From: Anaerovibrio sp.
GTDB lineage: Bacteria; Bacillota; Clostridia; Lachnospirales; Lachnospiraceae
NCBI GenBank assembly: GCA_963624875.1
Contig: CAVFRZ010000001.1
Span: forward strand, 1 to 43,139
Length of the DNA stretch: 43,139 bases
Direction of reading: 5' to 3'
In this document: positions 9,063-18,165 of the stretch, piece by piece
Layout: each line of letters begins with the position of its first letter
Position numbering within the stretch: the stretch's first letter is position 1
Notes under the pieces: model-generated
What the model saw: only the letters and a program-made list of their open reading frames with translations
Database searches by the model: none
What the model was told of the DNA's origin: nothing
Position numbers and translations under genes: made by a program

Positions 9063-10598
9063 ATGAATACTCCCTCCGTAGACAAAACCTATATCGCTAT
9101 CGATCTGAAGTCCTTCTACGCCTCTGCGGAATGCGTCGATCGCGGACTGGATCCTCTGAATACGCATCTCGTGGTTGCCGATGCCAGCCGCACGGAGAAA
9201 ACCATCTGTCTTGCAGTCTCCCCCTCGCTGAAGACTTACGGCATCCCCGGACGGCCCAGGCTCTTTGAGGTCGTGCAGCGTGTCCGGACCATCAACGAAC
9301 AGCGGGAGCGTCTTGCTCCCGGCCGGAAGCTGACCGGGAGCTCCTCCGATGCTGCAGTGCTGAAGGCAGATTCCTCCCTTGCGTTGGAGTACATCATTGC
9401 CCCGCCCCGCATGGCGAGGTATATGCAGATCAGCACACAGATCTATCAGATTTACCTTCGCTACATTGCGCCGGAGGACATTCACGTATATTCCATCGAT
9501 GAGGTCTTTATCGATGCCACCGCTTACCTTCGAACCTATCAGCTGACACCGCGGGAGCTTGCGATGAGGATGATTCTGGATGTGCTGCAGGAAACCGGCA
9601 TTACCGCCACCGCCGGCATCGGCACAAACCTGTATCTGTGCAAGGTTGCCATGGATATTGAGGCCAAACACATTGAGCCGGATGCCAACGGCGTCCGTAT
9701 CGCCGCACTGGATGAGATGAGCTACCGGCGCCGTCTCTGGACGCACCAGCCTCTGACCGATTTCTGGCGTGTCGGCCGCGGACTGACAAGGAAGCTCCAT
9801 AACGTTGGTCTATACACCATGGGCGATATTGCACGCTGTTCACTGGGGGCTAGAGGTGATTTTTACAGCGAGGACCTTCTGTACCGCATGTTCGGCATTT
9901 CCGCTGAGCTTCTCATCGACCACGCCTGGGGATACGAATCCTGCACCATGGCAGATATCAAGGCCTACCGACCGGCAGCTCACAGCACCGGCTCCGGTCA
10001 GGTGCTCTCCTGTCCCTATTCCTATGAGCGGGCAAGGCTCGTGCTGCGGGAAATGGCGGATCAGCTCGCGCTGGATCTGGCTGCCAGGCACCAGGTGACC
10101 GATCAGCTGATTCTGGATATCGGCTACGATACCTCCAGTCTGGACGAAGGCCGTTCCGGCAGCAGCTACCGCGGTCCCGTTGTTTCGGACCGCTACGGGA
10201 AGCCTGTTCCAAAGCCTGCTCATGGCTCCTCCCGTCTGGGACTTTGGACCAGCTCCCCGCGTCTTATTCCGGAGGCAGCCGCTTCCTTGTTTGATAAAAT
10301 TGTGAATCCGGCGCTTTTGATTCGGCGCATCAATGTTGCGGCAGGAAATGTCATTGCCGAAGAGGATGCCGTGCAGGAAGAGGAATATCAGCAGCTGGAT
10401 CTTTTTACCGATTACGAGGCCAAGGCGCGAGAAAAAGAGCTGCAGAAGGCAGAGCAGAAAAGAGAACGTCAGCTCCAGGAGGCGGTATTGAAAATCAAAG
10501 AACGATATGGAAAAAACGCGGTACTGCGCGGAATGAATCTGGAGGAGGGCGCCACCGCCAGACAGCGAAATGAGCAGATCGGAGGCCACCATGCCTGA
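9063..10598 (+). CDS. Y-family DNA polymerase (UmuC/ImpB/PolY2-like)
   Basis: Catalytic motifs IDLKSFYASAEC and YSIDEVFID, then TAGIGTNLYLCKVAMD, a QLDLF clamp-binding motif and a C-terminal GGH. Confidence 0.92.
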   Translation: MNTPSVDKTYIAIDLKSFYASAECVDRGLDPLNTHLVVADASRTEKTICLAVSPSLKTYGIPGRPRLFEVVQRVRTINEQRERLAPGRKLTGSSSDAAVLKADSSLALEYIIAPPRMARYMQISTQIYQIYLRYIAPEDIHVYSIDEVFIDATAYLRTYQLTPRELAMRMILDVLQETGITATAGIGTNLYLCKVAMDIEAKHIEPDANGVRIAALDEMSYRRRLWTHQPLTDFWRVGRGLTRKLHNVGLYTMGDIARCSLGARGDFYSEDLLYRMFGISAELLIDHAWGYESCTMADIKAYRPAAHSTGSGQVLSCPYSYERARLVLREMADQLALDLAARHQVTDQLILDIGYDTSSLDEGRSGSSYRGPVVSDRYGKPVPKPAHGSSRLGLWTSSPRLIPEAAASLFDKIVNPALLIRRINVAAGNVIAEEDAVQEEEYQQLDLFTDYEAKAREKELQKAEQKRERQLQEAVLKIKERYGKNAVLRGMNLEEGATARQRNEQIGGHHA

Positions 10599-11088
10599 TG
10601 CAGGTTCCTCTTATGAAAATCAAAACAAAGATTGTAGCAGCAACACCGGGCAGACGGGGCGGTCGGACTTTCCCTATGCGGATATCCTTTCCCACCCGCA
10701 TCATGTGTCCCAAACGCGCCCTCCCATGCCGCAGTCGGAACGCGCAGCACAGTTTGCACCGTTTGCTGCACTGACCGGCTACGGCGACGCCGTACAGGAA
10801 TCAGCGCGGCTCACTTCTGAGCGAATTGATCTGGACGAGGATGCCAGGGAGGAACTGAATCAGACGCTGCAGCTCCTCTCCGCTCAGCTTCGGGGCCAGG
10901 GCTTCTCCCAGCAAATCCGTATTACCTTTTTCGTTCCGGACATAAAAAAAGCCGGCGGATCATACGTCTCTGAGGACGGTACGATCCGCAAGCTTCCTTC
11001 TGATGTTCGTGCTGTTGTGCTGGAGGCTGCCTCCGGCAGACGAAGGACCATTCCGCTGGAGGATATCCTGCGCATAGAGCTTCTGTAG
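10591..11088 (+). CDS. YolD-like protein (Y-family polymerase accessory)
   Basis: HHVS..RPPM..ERAAQFAPFAALTGY motif. GGAGG SD at 10581; start overlaps the polymerase stop. Confidence 0.75.
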   Translation: MPDAGSSYENQNKDCSSNTGQTGRSDFPYADILSHPHHVSQTRPPMPQSERAAQFAPFAALTGYGDAVQESARLTSERIDLDEDAREELNQTLQLLSAQLRGQGFSQQIRITFFVPDIKKAGGSYVSEDGTIRKLPSDVRAVVLEAASGRRRTIPLEDILRIELL

Positions 11089-11135
11089 CCCTGATGGATA
11101 ATGGTGCCTTGCTGAACAGTTACAGTTTGTCGTTC

Positions 11136-12281
11136 TTATCTGTAAATTCTTGGAATTCGTTTGCCAAGATCGCAGGCAAACTCGTAATTAAACCGGCCGG
11201 ACAGATCACCCAGCATCTCCAGCGTAATGGTCTCCTCTCCGTCACGTCCAATCAGTGTTACCAGATCGCCGTCCGTTACTCCCGGAATATTGCTGACATC
11301 TACCATGAACTGATCCATGCAGACGCGGCCGCAGATCGGTGCCTTCTGTCCGCGAATCAGAACGTATCCCTTATTGGAAAGTCCTCTCGCATAGCCGTCA
11401 CCATAGCCCACCGGAATCGTAGCCAGAACCGTTTCCTTCTCCGTTACATAGGTTCCGCCGTAGCTGACAGGTGTTCCCGCAGGCACCGTCTTTACATACG
11501 CGACATGCGAATAGAGGGACAGCACCGGCCGAAGCGGCACTATATCCTGCGGCACCTCCGACGACGGCCAGAGTCCGTAAAGAGTAATGCCGGCGCGCAC
11601 CAGATCAAGATTTGCCTCCGGGAAGCGAACGATGCCGGCACTGTTGGAGCAATGCTGCACAGGAATGCGATACCCCAGCTCCGTTTCAATTCGCTTGCAA
11701 AAAGCCGTAAACTCTGCGATCTGCCGTCTGGTGTTGGCCGGATCTGTTTCGTCCGCCTTTGAGAAATGGGTGAAAATGCCCTCCACCTCCACATACGGAG
11801 TTTCCAGTGCTTTTTTTACAAAGGCAAGGCCTTCATCATCCGGACGAACGCCGATGCGTGACATTGCGGTATCCACTGCAACATGGATATGGACAGCTTT
11901 TCCCACTTTTTCCGCAGCCGCTGAAAGCGCCTCCAGCATATCCTCACGGAAGCACGCCGGTCGAATTTCCTCCTCCGCCAGTCCCTCATAGCAATAAGGG
12001 AAAGTATATCCCAGAATGAGAATCGGCTTCGTTCTTCCGGCCGTGCGAAGCTCCTCTGCCTCCTCATAGGTAGCAACTGCATAGCCCCAGACATAGTCCA
12101 ATACTTCCAGCTTCTCTGCCAGGCGAGCTGCGCCATGACCGTAACCGTCCGTCTTAATAACAGCAATCATTTTGGTTCCAGGCCGGAGATTCTGATGCAT
12201 ATTTTCCATATTGGCAACAGCCGCCTGCAGATCAATTTCTGCCCAGACCCTGTCATGATGCTCCCACTCTTCATAGCTCAT
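11136..12281 (-). CDS. alr: Alanine racemase
   Basis: AVIKTDGYGHG (PLP lysine), DTAMSRIG, GIFTHF, VSYG, GYGDG and GRVCMDQ. Confidence 0.95.
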   Translation of the reverse strand: MSYEEWEHHDRVWAEIDLQAAVANMENMHQNLRPGTKMIAVIKTDGYGHGAARLAEKLEVLDYVWGYAVATYEEAEELRTAGRTKPILILGYTFPYCYEGLAEEEIRPACFREDMLEALSAAAEKVGKAVHIHVAVDTAMSRIGVRPDDEGLAFVKKALETPYVEVEGIFTHFSKADETDPANTRRQIAEFTAFCKRIETELGYRIPVQHCSNSAGIVRFPEANLDLVRAGITLYGLWPSSEVPQDIVPLRPVLSLYSHVAYVKTVPAGTPVSYGGTYVTEKETVLATIPVGYGDGYARGLSNKGYVLIRGQKAPICGRVCMDQFMVDVSNIPGVTDGDLVTLIGRDGEETITLEMLGDLSGRFNYEFACDLGKRIPRIYR

Positions 12282-12327
12282 AGTAATGCTCTCCTTGTCA
12301 CCGGACGCTCGCTGAATCCGACATCCG

Positions 12328-12405
12328 ATCCTCTATGCATATCTTCTATACATGTCTTCTACACAGCTTTTCTATACAATTTCCCCATGCAAGTCCACTA
12401 TGCAA
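12328..12405. repeat. Six degenerate tandem 13-bp repeats between the aminotransferase gene and alr
   Basis: atcctctatgcat/atcttctatacat/gtcttctacacag/cttttctatacaa/tttccccatgcaa/gtccactatgcaa. Confidence 0.7.
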
Positions 12406-13561
12406 GAATTCCGCTGTCTGCAATGGCCTTCACTGCCATTTGAATTCTGTCTGAGGGAAGTGTCAGTGCGAAACGCACATACCCCTCTCCAAGAGGCCCG
12501 AAGCTTTCCCCCGGCGTGCAGATCACGCCGGTTTTATCCATCAGCTCCAGGCAAAAGTCCATGCTGCTGCCATGCCCCTCCGGAATCTTCGCCCAGACGA
12601 ACATGCTCCCGTGACTGTCCGGTACATCCCAGCCGATGCTGCGCAGTCCGCCGCACAGTGCGTCTCTGCGTTCCTGATAGACACCGCACTGGTCCTTTAC
12701 CATCTGCGTCGGCCCTGTCAATGCCGCAATGGCAGCCTTCTGAATCGGAAGGAACATTCCAAAATCAATCTGACCTCTGAGTTTCCGAAATGCAGCAACC
12801 ACATCCGGACGCCCGACGCAGAAGCTGATTCTGGCGCCGGTCAGATTAAAGCTCTTGGACAGGCTGAAAAATTCGATTCCAACCTCTGCAGCACCTTCAT
12901 GCTGGAAGAAGCTCCCGCCGACTGCGCCGTCAAAGATAATATCGCTGTACGCATTGTCATGAATGAGGAGAATGTCGTATTTTCTGGCAAACGCAATCAG
13001 TTCCTCATAGATGGTAGGGCTGGCAATGCTGCCCGTCGGATTTGAGGGGAGCGAAACGATCATATATTTTGCCTTCCGGGCGACCTCCTCCGGAATATCC
13101 GAAAGCCTCGGAAGAAACCCTGTCTCCTCTGTCATCGGATAGTAGAACGGCTCTGCACCGGCCAGCTGTGCGCCGGCAATGAACACCGGATAACAAGGGG
13201 TCGGCAGAATCACGGTGTCGCCCTCGTCGCACAGAACCAGACCGATGTGCCCCATGCCTTCTTCACTCCCGTAGCAGCTGCAGACCATATCAGTTGTGAT
13301 CTGCACGCCAAAACGTTTTTCATAGTAGTCGCATACTGCCTGCAAAAGCTCCGGCGTATCCCGCAGCGCATATTTCCAATTATCCTGGTCCTTTGCAGCC
13401 TCGATCAGAGCTTCCTTGATATGCGGGGCCGTTTCAAAGTCCGGTGTTCCGACACTCAGATTGTAGATCGTCCTTCCCTGCTGCTCCATCGCAAGCTTTC
13501 GCTCATTCAGCGCAGCAAAAATCTCATCGCCAAACCGGTCCATTCTCTTACTAAACTGCAT
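12398..13561 (-). CDS. PLP-dependent class I/II aminotransferase (DapL/MtnE-like)
   Basis: Motifs NLSVGTPD, PSNPTG, HDNAY, SLSKSFNLTGAR and GEGYVRFAL. Start ATG 13561 follows a GGGGAGG SD. Confidence 0.88.
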   Translation of the reverse strand: MQFSKRMDRFGDEIFAALNERKLAMEQQGRTIYNLSVGTPDFETAPHIKEALIEAAKDQDNWKYALRDTPELLQAVCDYYEKRFGVQITTDMVCSCYGSEEGMGHIGLVLCDEGDTVILPTPCYPVFIAGAQLAGAEPFYYPMTEETGFLPRLSDIPEEVARKAKYMIVSLPSNPTGSIASPTIYEELIAFARKYDILLIHDNAYSDIIFDGAVGGSFFQHEGAAEVGIEFFSLSKSFNLTGARISFCVGRPDVVAAFRKLRGQIDFGMFLPIQKAAIAALTGPTQMVKDQCGVYQERRDALCGGLRSIGWDVPDSHGSMFVWAKIPEGHGSSMDFCLELMDKTGVICTPGESFGPLGEGYVRFALTLPSDRIQMAVKAIADSGILA

Positions 13562-13596
13562 ATCTTCCTCCCCGCATCTGTATTTACCTCTACGCA

Positions 13597-13626
13597 GAGA
13601 CAGAGCCACATAAATGGCTCTGTCTC
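13597..13626. other. Intergenic hairpin
   Basis: gagacagagcca-cataaa-tggctctgtctc, a perfect 12-bp stem with no clear U-tract. Confidence 0.55.
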
Positions 13627-13633
13627 CAATCTG

Positions 13634-14281
13634 TTATTTGCCCTTATCTTCTACTTCAATTCCAAGGAACAACGGAATCGCTGCGATGATTCTGTCCACA
13701 CAGCCATCAATGCCGTACCGATACGAATCCAGCGAGATGTCCTCATGCGTGACATCCTTCCAGTCATCTCCCGTGTAGTAATGATAATACTCACTGCGGC
13801 GTTTGTCACAATCCCGAATCCGCTTGTTTATTTCACGGTCCGACATGCCCAGATTATTGTGCTTAACCCGCTCTCTTCGGTATTCCACAGGTGCATGAAT
13901 GAATACCCGCAGCACATTGTCCTTGTCTGAAAGCAGGTAATCCGCACATCTTCCGATGATGATACAGCTTTCGGTCTGTGCCATTTCCTTGATCACCTTC
14001 GCCTGAAAGCTGAAGAGATTTCTCGTGGAAACGTAATCATTGGAGTCCGGCGGAAGGATTTCACCGTTGTAAACCTTCTCTGCAGCACTCATCATTTCCC
14101 GAAAACCAATCCGCTCATCCGCTGCGCCGAACAGCTCCTCATTGATTCCGGATACATCCGAGGCTCTGCGCAGCAAGTCCCTGTCGTAGTAGGGAATCCC
14201 CAGCCGTTCCGACAGAATCTTTGCAATTCTGGTTCCGCCGCTTCCTTTTTCTCTTGCAATCGCAATTACATAATTCTTCAT
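13634..14281 (-). CDS. Cytidylate kinase-like family protein
   Basis: Motifs IAIAREKGSGG, YYDR, IIIGRCADY and DKRRSEYY. Confidence 0.85.
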   Translation of the reverse strand: MKNYVIAIAREKGSGGTRIAKILSERLGIPYYDRDLLRRASDVSGINEELFGAADERIGFREMMSAAEKVYNGEILPPDSNDYVSTRNLFSFQAKVIKEMAQTESCIIIGRCADYLLSDKDNVLRVFIHAPVEYRRERVKHNNLGMSDREINKRIRDCDKRRSEYYHYYTGDDWKDVTHEDISLDSYRYGIDGCVDRIIAAIPLFLGIEVEDKGK

Positions 14282-14375
14282 TCCAGGACCCTCCCCTGTA
14301 TCTTACATATGCATGCGCCCGTTCAGCAGCAGTGCATCGGATTTAACATGAACGTACTCCGTAAAGTCCGATGGA

Positions 14376-15080
14376 TTACGCACCAAGGTAAGCCTTCCGC
14401 ACCCGGTCGTCCTCTGCAAGCTCCTTTGCCGTTCCCTCCATGGCGATCTTGCCGGTTTCAAGAACATACGCACGATCCGAAATGGACAGTGCCATCTTCG
14501 CATTCTGCTCCACCAGAAGAATCGTAATTCCGCTCTTATGAAGCTCTTCAATAATAGCAAAAATTTCCTTAACCAGGAGCGGTGAAAGGCCCATGGACGG
14601 CTCGTCCATCAGCACCATCTTCGGTCCCGTCATCAGGGCTCTTCCTGTCGCGAGCATCTGCTGCTCACCGCCGGAAAGCGTACCGGCCAGCTGGCGGCGG
14701 CGCTCCTTCAAACGGGGGAAGTGGGCATACACCATCTCCAGATTGTCCGCAATCTTCTTGCGGTCATTCTCGATATAGGCACCCATATGCAGGTTTTCCT
14801 CTACCGTCATTCTGGCGAAAACATGACGCCCCTCCGGCACATGCGAAAGACCCATGCGAATGATGTTGCTGGCAGGTGTCTTCTGCAGATTTTTTCCGTC
14901 CAGCAGAATCTCACCGGATGCCGCCGGAATAAGACCCGTAATGGTATGAAGTGTCGTTGTTTTGCCGGCTCCGTTGGCGCCGATCAAAGATACCAGCTCT
15001 CCGTCCTTTACCTGCAGGGAAATCCCCTTGATGGCGTGCACTGCACCGTAGTATACATTTAAATCCTTGATTTCCAGCAT
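14376..15080 (-). CDS. livF: HAAT/branched-chain amino acid ABC transporter ATPase
   Basis: GANGAGKTT, VPEGR, LSGGEQQM, DEPSMGL and LLVEQN. Confidence 0.92.
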   Translation of the reverse strand: MLEIKDLNVYYGAVHAIKGISLQVKDGELVSLIGANGAGKTTTLHTITGLIPAASGEILLDGKNLQKTPASNIIRMGLSHVPEGRHVFARMTVEENLHMGAYIENDRKKIADNLEMVYAHFPRLKERRRQLAGTLSGGEQQMLATGRALMTGPKMVLMDEPSMGLSPLLVKEIFAIIEELHKSGITILLVEQNAKMALSISDRAYVLETGKIAMEGTAKELAEDDRVRKAYLGA

Positions 15081-15095
15081 ACGATGTCTCCTCCC

Positions 15096-15887
15096 TTACG
15101 CACCAAGATATGCCGCGATTACCTGCGGATTGCTTGCAATCTCCTCCGGCAGCCCCTCTGCGATGGTCTTGCCGTAGTCGATAACCTTTATGCGCTCACA
15201 TACATTCATAACCAGAGACATATCATGCTCAATCAGTAGAATGGCAATGCCGAAACGGTCACGGATGGTGTTAATGCAGTTCATCAGATCCTCCGTCTCT
15301 GTCGGATTCATGCCGGCTGCCGGCTCATCCAGCAGGAGAAGCTTCATATTCGTCGCCAACGCTCTTGCAATCTCAAGCTTTCTCTGCTGGCCATAGGGAA
15401 GATTGGATGCAAGCCAGTCCTTTTTGTCATCCAGATGGAAAATCTTCAAAAGATCAATGGCCTTCTGTGTGATCTCATTTTCTGTCTTCCAGAATGCCTT
15501 GGTACGGAATGTTGCTGCCACAAGTCCATAGGAAATATCCTTCGTAAAGGCTGCCTTTACATTGTCGAGCACCGTCATATCGTGGAACAGACGGATATTC
15601 TGAAAAGTTCTGGCAATACCGGCCTCCACGAACTGGTAGGTCTTCTTGCCGTTCAAGAGCTGCCCGTTTAGAAGGACCGACCCATCTGTAGGCTCATACA
15701 CGCCTGTCAGCATATTGAAAACAGTGGTTTTCCCGGCTCCGTTTGGCCCGATCAGACCCACCAGCTCTCCTTCGTAGATCTTAATATTAAAGTCCGTTAC
15801 TGCCTTGAGTCCGCCGAAGGTAATCCCAAGTCCGCGCGTTTCCAGGACGGGAGTCTGACCTTCACGGTTTGCTATCTCTTTGCTCAT
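15096..15887 (-). CDS. livG: HAAT/branched-chain amino acid ABC transporter ATPase
   Basis: GPNGAGKTT, ARTFQNIRLF, LPYGQQR, DEPAAG and IEHDM. Confidence 0.92.
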   Translation of the reverse strand: MSKEIANREGQTPVLETRGLGITFGGLKAVTDFNIKIYEGELVGLIGPNGAGKTTVFNMLTGVYEPTDGSVLLNGQLLNGKKTYQFVEAGIARTFQNIRLFHDMTVLDNVKAAFTKDISYGLVAATFRTKAFWKTENEITQKAIDLLKIFHLDDKKDWLASNLPYGQQRKLEIARALATNMKLLLLDEPAAGMNPTETEDLMNCINTIRDRFGIAILLIEHDMSLVMNVCERIKVIDYGKTIAEGLPEEIASNPQVIAAYLGA

Positions 15888-15906
15888 CTCATTTCCCTCC
15901 TGCCGC

Positions 15907-17061
15907 TTATGCCTTGACGTCTCCGGCCTTCTCTGCCTTCTCCTGTGCCTTCTTCTCCTTCCAGGTGCGGATATCGCTGCGAAGATTTACCAGTGAGAAT
16001 TCATAGGTTCCGAAAATTCCTCTCGGCCGGAAGATAATAATGACAACCAGAACAACCGCATATACCAGCATCGGATAGGTAAACACGCCCTGAAGACCAG
16101 TCGGCAATGCCTTTACCCATGCGCCGTTCTTGATTTCATAGTTCACGAAAAACATGATAATCGCCGCAACAACAGAACCGGTCAGGGATCCCATGCCGCC
16201 CAACACAACCATGACGACAACGAAGGTGGAATTCAGAATGCCGCCGTTCGTAAATGCAAAAGAGGACGTCGAGAGTGTCTGGTTGGTGCACGCATACAGC
16301 GCGCCGGCAACACCGGCAAAAAATGCCGAGTAAGTAAATGTCAGCACCTTGTAATGAGAGGTGTTGATGCCGGATGCCGACGCCGCAATCTCATCATCAC
16401 GAATGGCCTTAATGGCACGGCCGTACTTGGAGCGAACGAACATGAACATCATCGTAACACCCACGATGGTAACCAGTACGCCTGCCCACAAATATTCGAC
16501 CTTGGTCTTCGTACCAAAGCCAAGACCGTTGGCATACAGAGAAGCAGCCGCACTTCCCTGCTCCAGACCGTTCTGGCCGGCAAAGGGAAGGTTGTTGATG
16601 ATATTGACGATGATCATTCCAAAGCCAAGTGTGATAATAGCCAGGTAATCCCCCTTCAGACGCAGTGCCGGAATGCCGACTACAAAACCGATCACTGCCG
16701 CCAGAAGTCCGGAAGCCAGAATGCACAGAAACAGGATCAGCGTAAATCCGATGCCGGATTTTTCCTCATATACGCCTGCCCGCTGCAGTGCCAGTGAAAT
16801 CAGTGCCGCTGTATAAGCACCCACTGCCATAAATCCGCAGTGACCAAGAGAAAGCTGACCCAGGAATCCAAGTACAAGGTTCAGGGACGCTGCCAGAAGA
16901 ACCAGGTAGCAGCACTGCCACAGATTCGGCGTCAGTATCAGCTTGAAAAAGTCGCCTTGCCCTGCAGGAGACGCGCTGACGATGCTGAGCAGAAGAAACA
17001 AAACCGCGGTAACAATGGTATTGATCAGATAGCCTTTGGCTGTTTGTGATTTAAATTTCAT
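15907..17061 (-). CDS. livM: HAAT ABC transporter permease
   Basis: GQLSLGH, LRLKGDYLAIITLGF, AIRDDE and VVLGGMGS. Confidence 0.9.
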   Translation of the reverse strand: MKFKSQTAKGYLINTIVTAVLFLLLSIVSASPAGQGDFFKLILTPNLWQCCYLVLLAASLNLVLGFLGQLSLGHCGFMAVGAYTAALISLALQRAGVYEEKSGIGFTLILFLCILASGLLAAVIGFVVGIPALRLKGDYLAIITLGFGMIIVNIINNLPFAGQNGLEQGSAAASLYANGLGFGTKTKVEYLWAGVLVTIVGVTMMFMFVRSKYGRAIKAIRDDEIAASASGINTSHYKVLTFTYSAFFAGVAGALYACTNQTLSTSSFAFTNGGILNSTFVVVMVVLGGMGSLTGSVVAAIIMFFVNYEIKNGAWVKALPTGLQGVFTYPMLVYAVVLVVIIIFRPRGIFGTYEFSLVNLRSDIRTWKEKKAQEKAEKAGDVKA

Positions 17062-17082
17062 AACATACTCTCCCTGCGCCCT

Positions 17083-17979
17083 TTAAACCTTTTCTCCTAC
17101 GTTTTTGCCAAGCAGTCCGGCCGGCTTCAGAATAAGAACGACAATGAGAATCAGGAACACGAAGGCATCGGCAAGGCTGGAGCTCACATAGGTCGTTGTA
17201 AACGACTCCACCAGTCCGATTACAATTCCTCCGATCATTGCACCGGGAAGAATACCGATACCGCCAAGAACCGCTGCAACAAATGCCTTCAGACCCAAAA
17301 GAGATCCCATCGTCGTGTAGATTTTCGGATACTGTGACATATACATCAGTGCTGCTACCGCGGAAAGTCCGGAGCCAATCGCGAATGTCAGGATAATGGT
17401 GCGGTTTACGTTGATACCCATCAGGGTTGCCGCTTCCTTATCCTCTGATACGCAGCGCATAGCGCGTCCGAGCTTCGTCTTCTGCGTGAACATGTACAAT
17501 GCCAGCATGACAAGTGCGCCGATCACAATCGTGAGGATAGTTGCCCATTCCATGGTAACCGAGCCGATGGTAATACCGCTTGCCGGGAAGATCTGGCTGG
17601 CTACCTTCGGGTTCGGTCCGATAGCAGGAATGGCCTGCGCGAGGTTCTCCAGCATGAGAGACACCGCAATGGCAGTAATCAGTGCTGTCATTGCGGTCCC
17701 TTTCTTGCGTACAGGACGATAAGCGATGATCTCTGTTCCCATGCCTACCAGCGCACAGATTACAATGGCAGGTATAACGGAGAGCCAGATTGGCAGTCCC
17801 AGTGCCGTCATTATCGGTGTTGTGAAAATAATGGCGTAGCCACCCACCATGATGAAATCGCCGTGAGCGAAATTGATCAGACGGATGATACCGTAGACCA
17901 TCGTGTAGCCAAGGGCGATCAGTGCATAGATGCTGCCGAGTCGGAGCCCGACGATCAGTGTCTGAATAAATGTGCTCAT
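17083..17979 (-). CDS. livH: HAAT ABC transporter permease
   Basis: YALIALGYTMVYG, INFAHG, GRAMR and KAFVAAVLGGIG. Confidence 0.92.
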   Translation of the reverse strand: MSTFIQTLIVGLRLGSIYALIALGYTMVYGIIRLINFAHGDFIMVGGYAIIFTTPIMTALGLPIWLSVIPAIVICALVGMGTEIIAYRPVRKKGTAMTALITAIAVSLMLENLAQAIPAIGPNPKVASQIFPASGITIGSVTMEWATILTIVIGALVMLALYMFTQKTKLGRAMRCVSEDKEAATLMGINVNRTIILTFAIGSGLSAVAALMYMSQYPKIYTTMGSLLGLKAFVAAVLGGIGILPGAMIGGIVIGLVESFTTTYVSSSLADAFVFLILIVVLILKPAGLLGKNVGEKV

Positions 17980-18090
17980 GCTTCCACTCTTTCTGAGATG
18001 AATCCTTTTGCAAACGTTTCCTGTTCCTTCCGGTTCTTCGTCAGTACCGCCGTCTTCTTGGGCATTGTGAGAGCCGGTGATGCCATAAAT

Positions 18091-18131
18091 CCGGTTCCGG
18101 GCATTGGAAGCTTTCCTTTGTCCGGAACCGG
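18091..18131. other. Stable hairpin between livK and livH (possible mRNA stabiliser or partial attenuator)
   Basis: ccggttccgggca...tgtccggaaccgg inverted repeat. Confidence 0.5.
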
Positions 18132-18165
18132 TGTCCTATCAGAGCTTTACTTTCTCTTCCTTGCT

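Noticed and set aside
9063..11088. Polymerase/YolD cassette as a prophage or ICE remnant
   Set aside because: No integrase, att-like direct repeats or other mobile-element genes are adjacent, so mobility cannot be supported.
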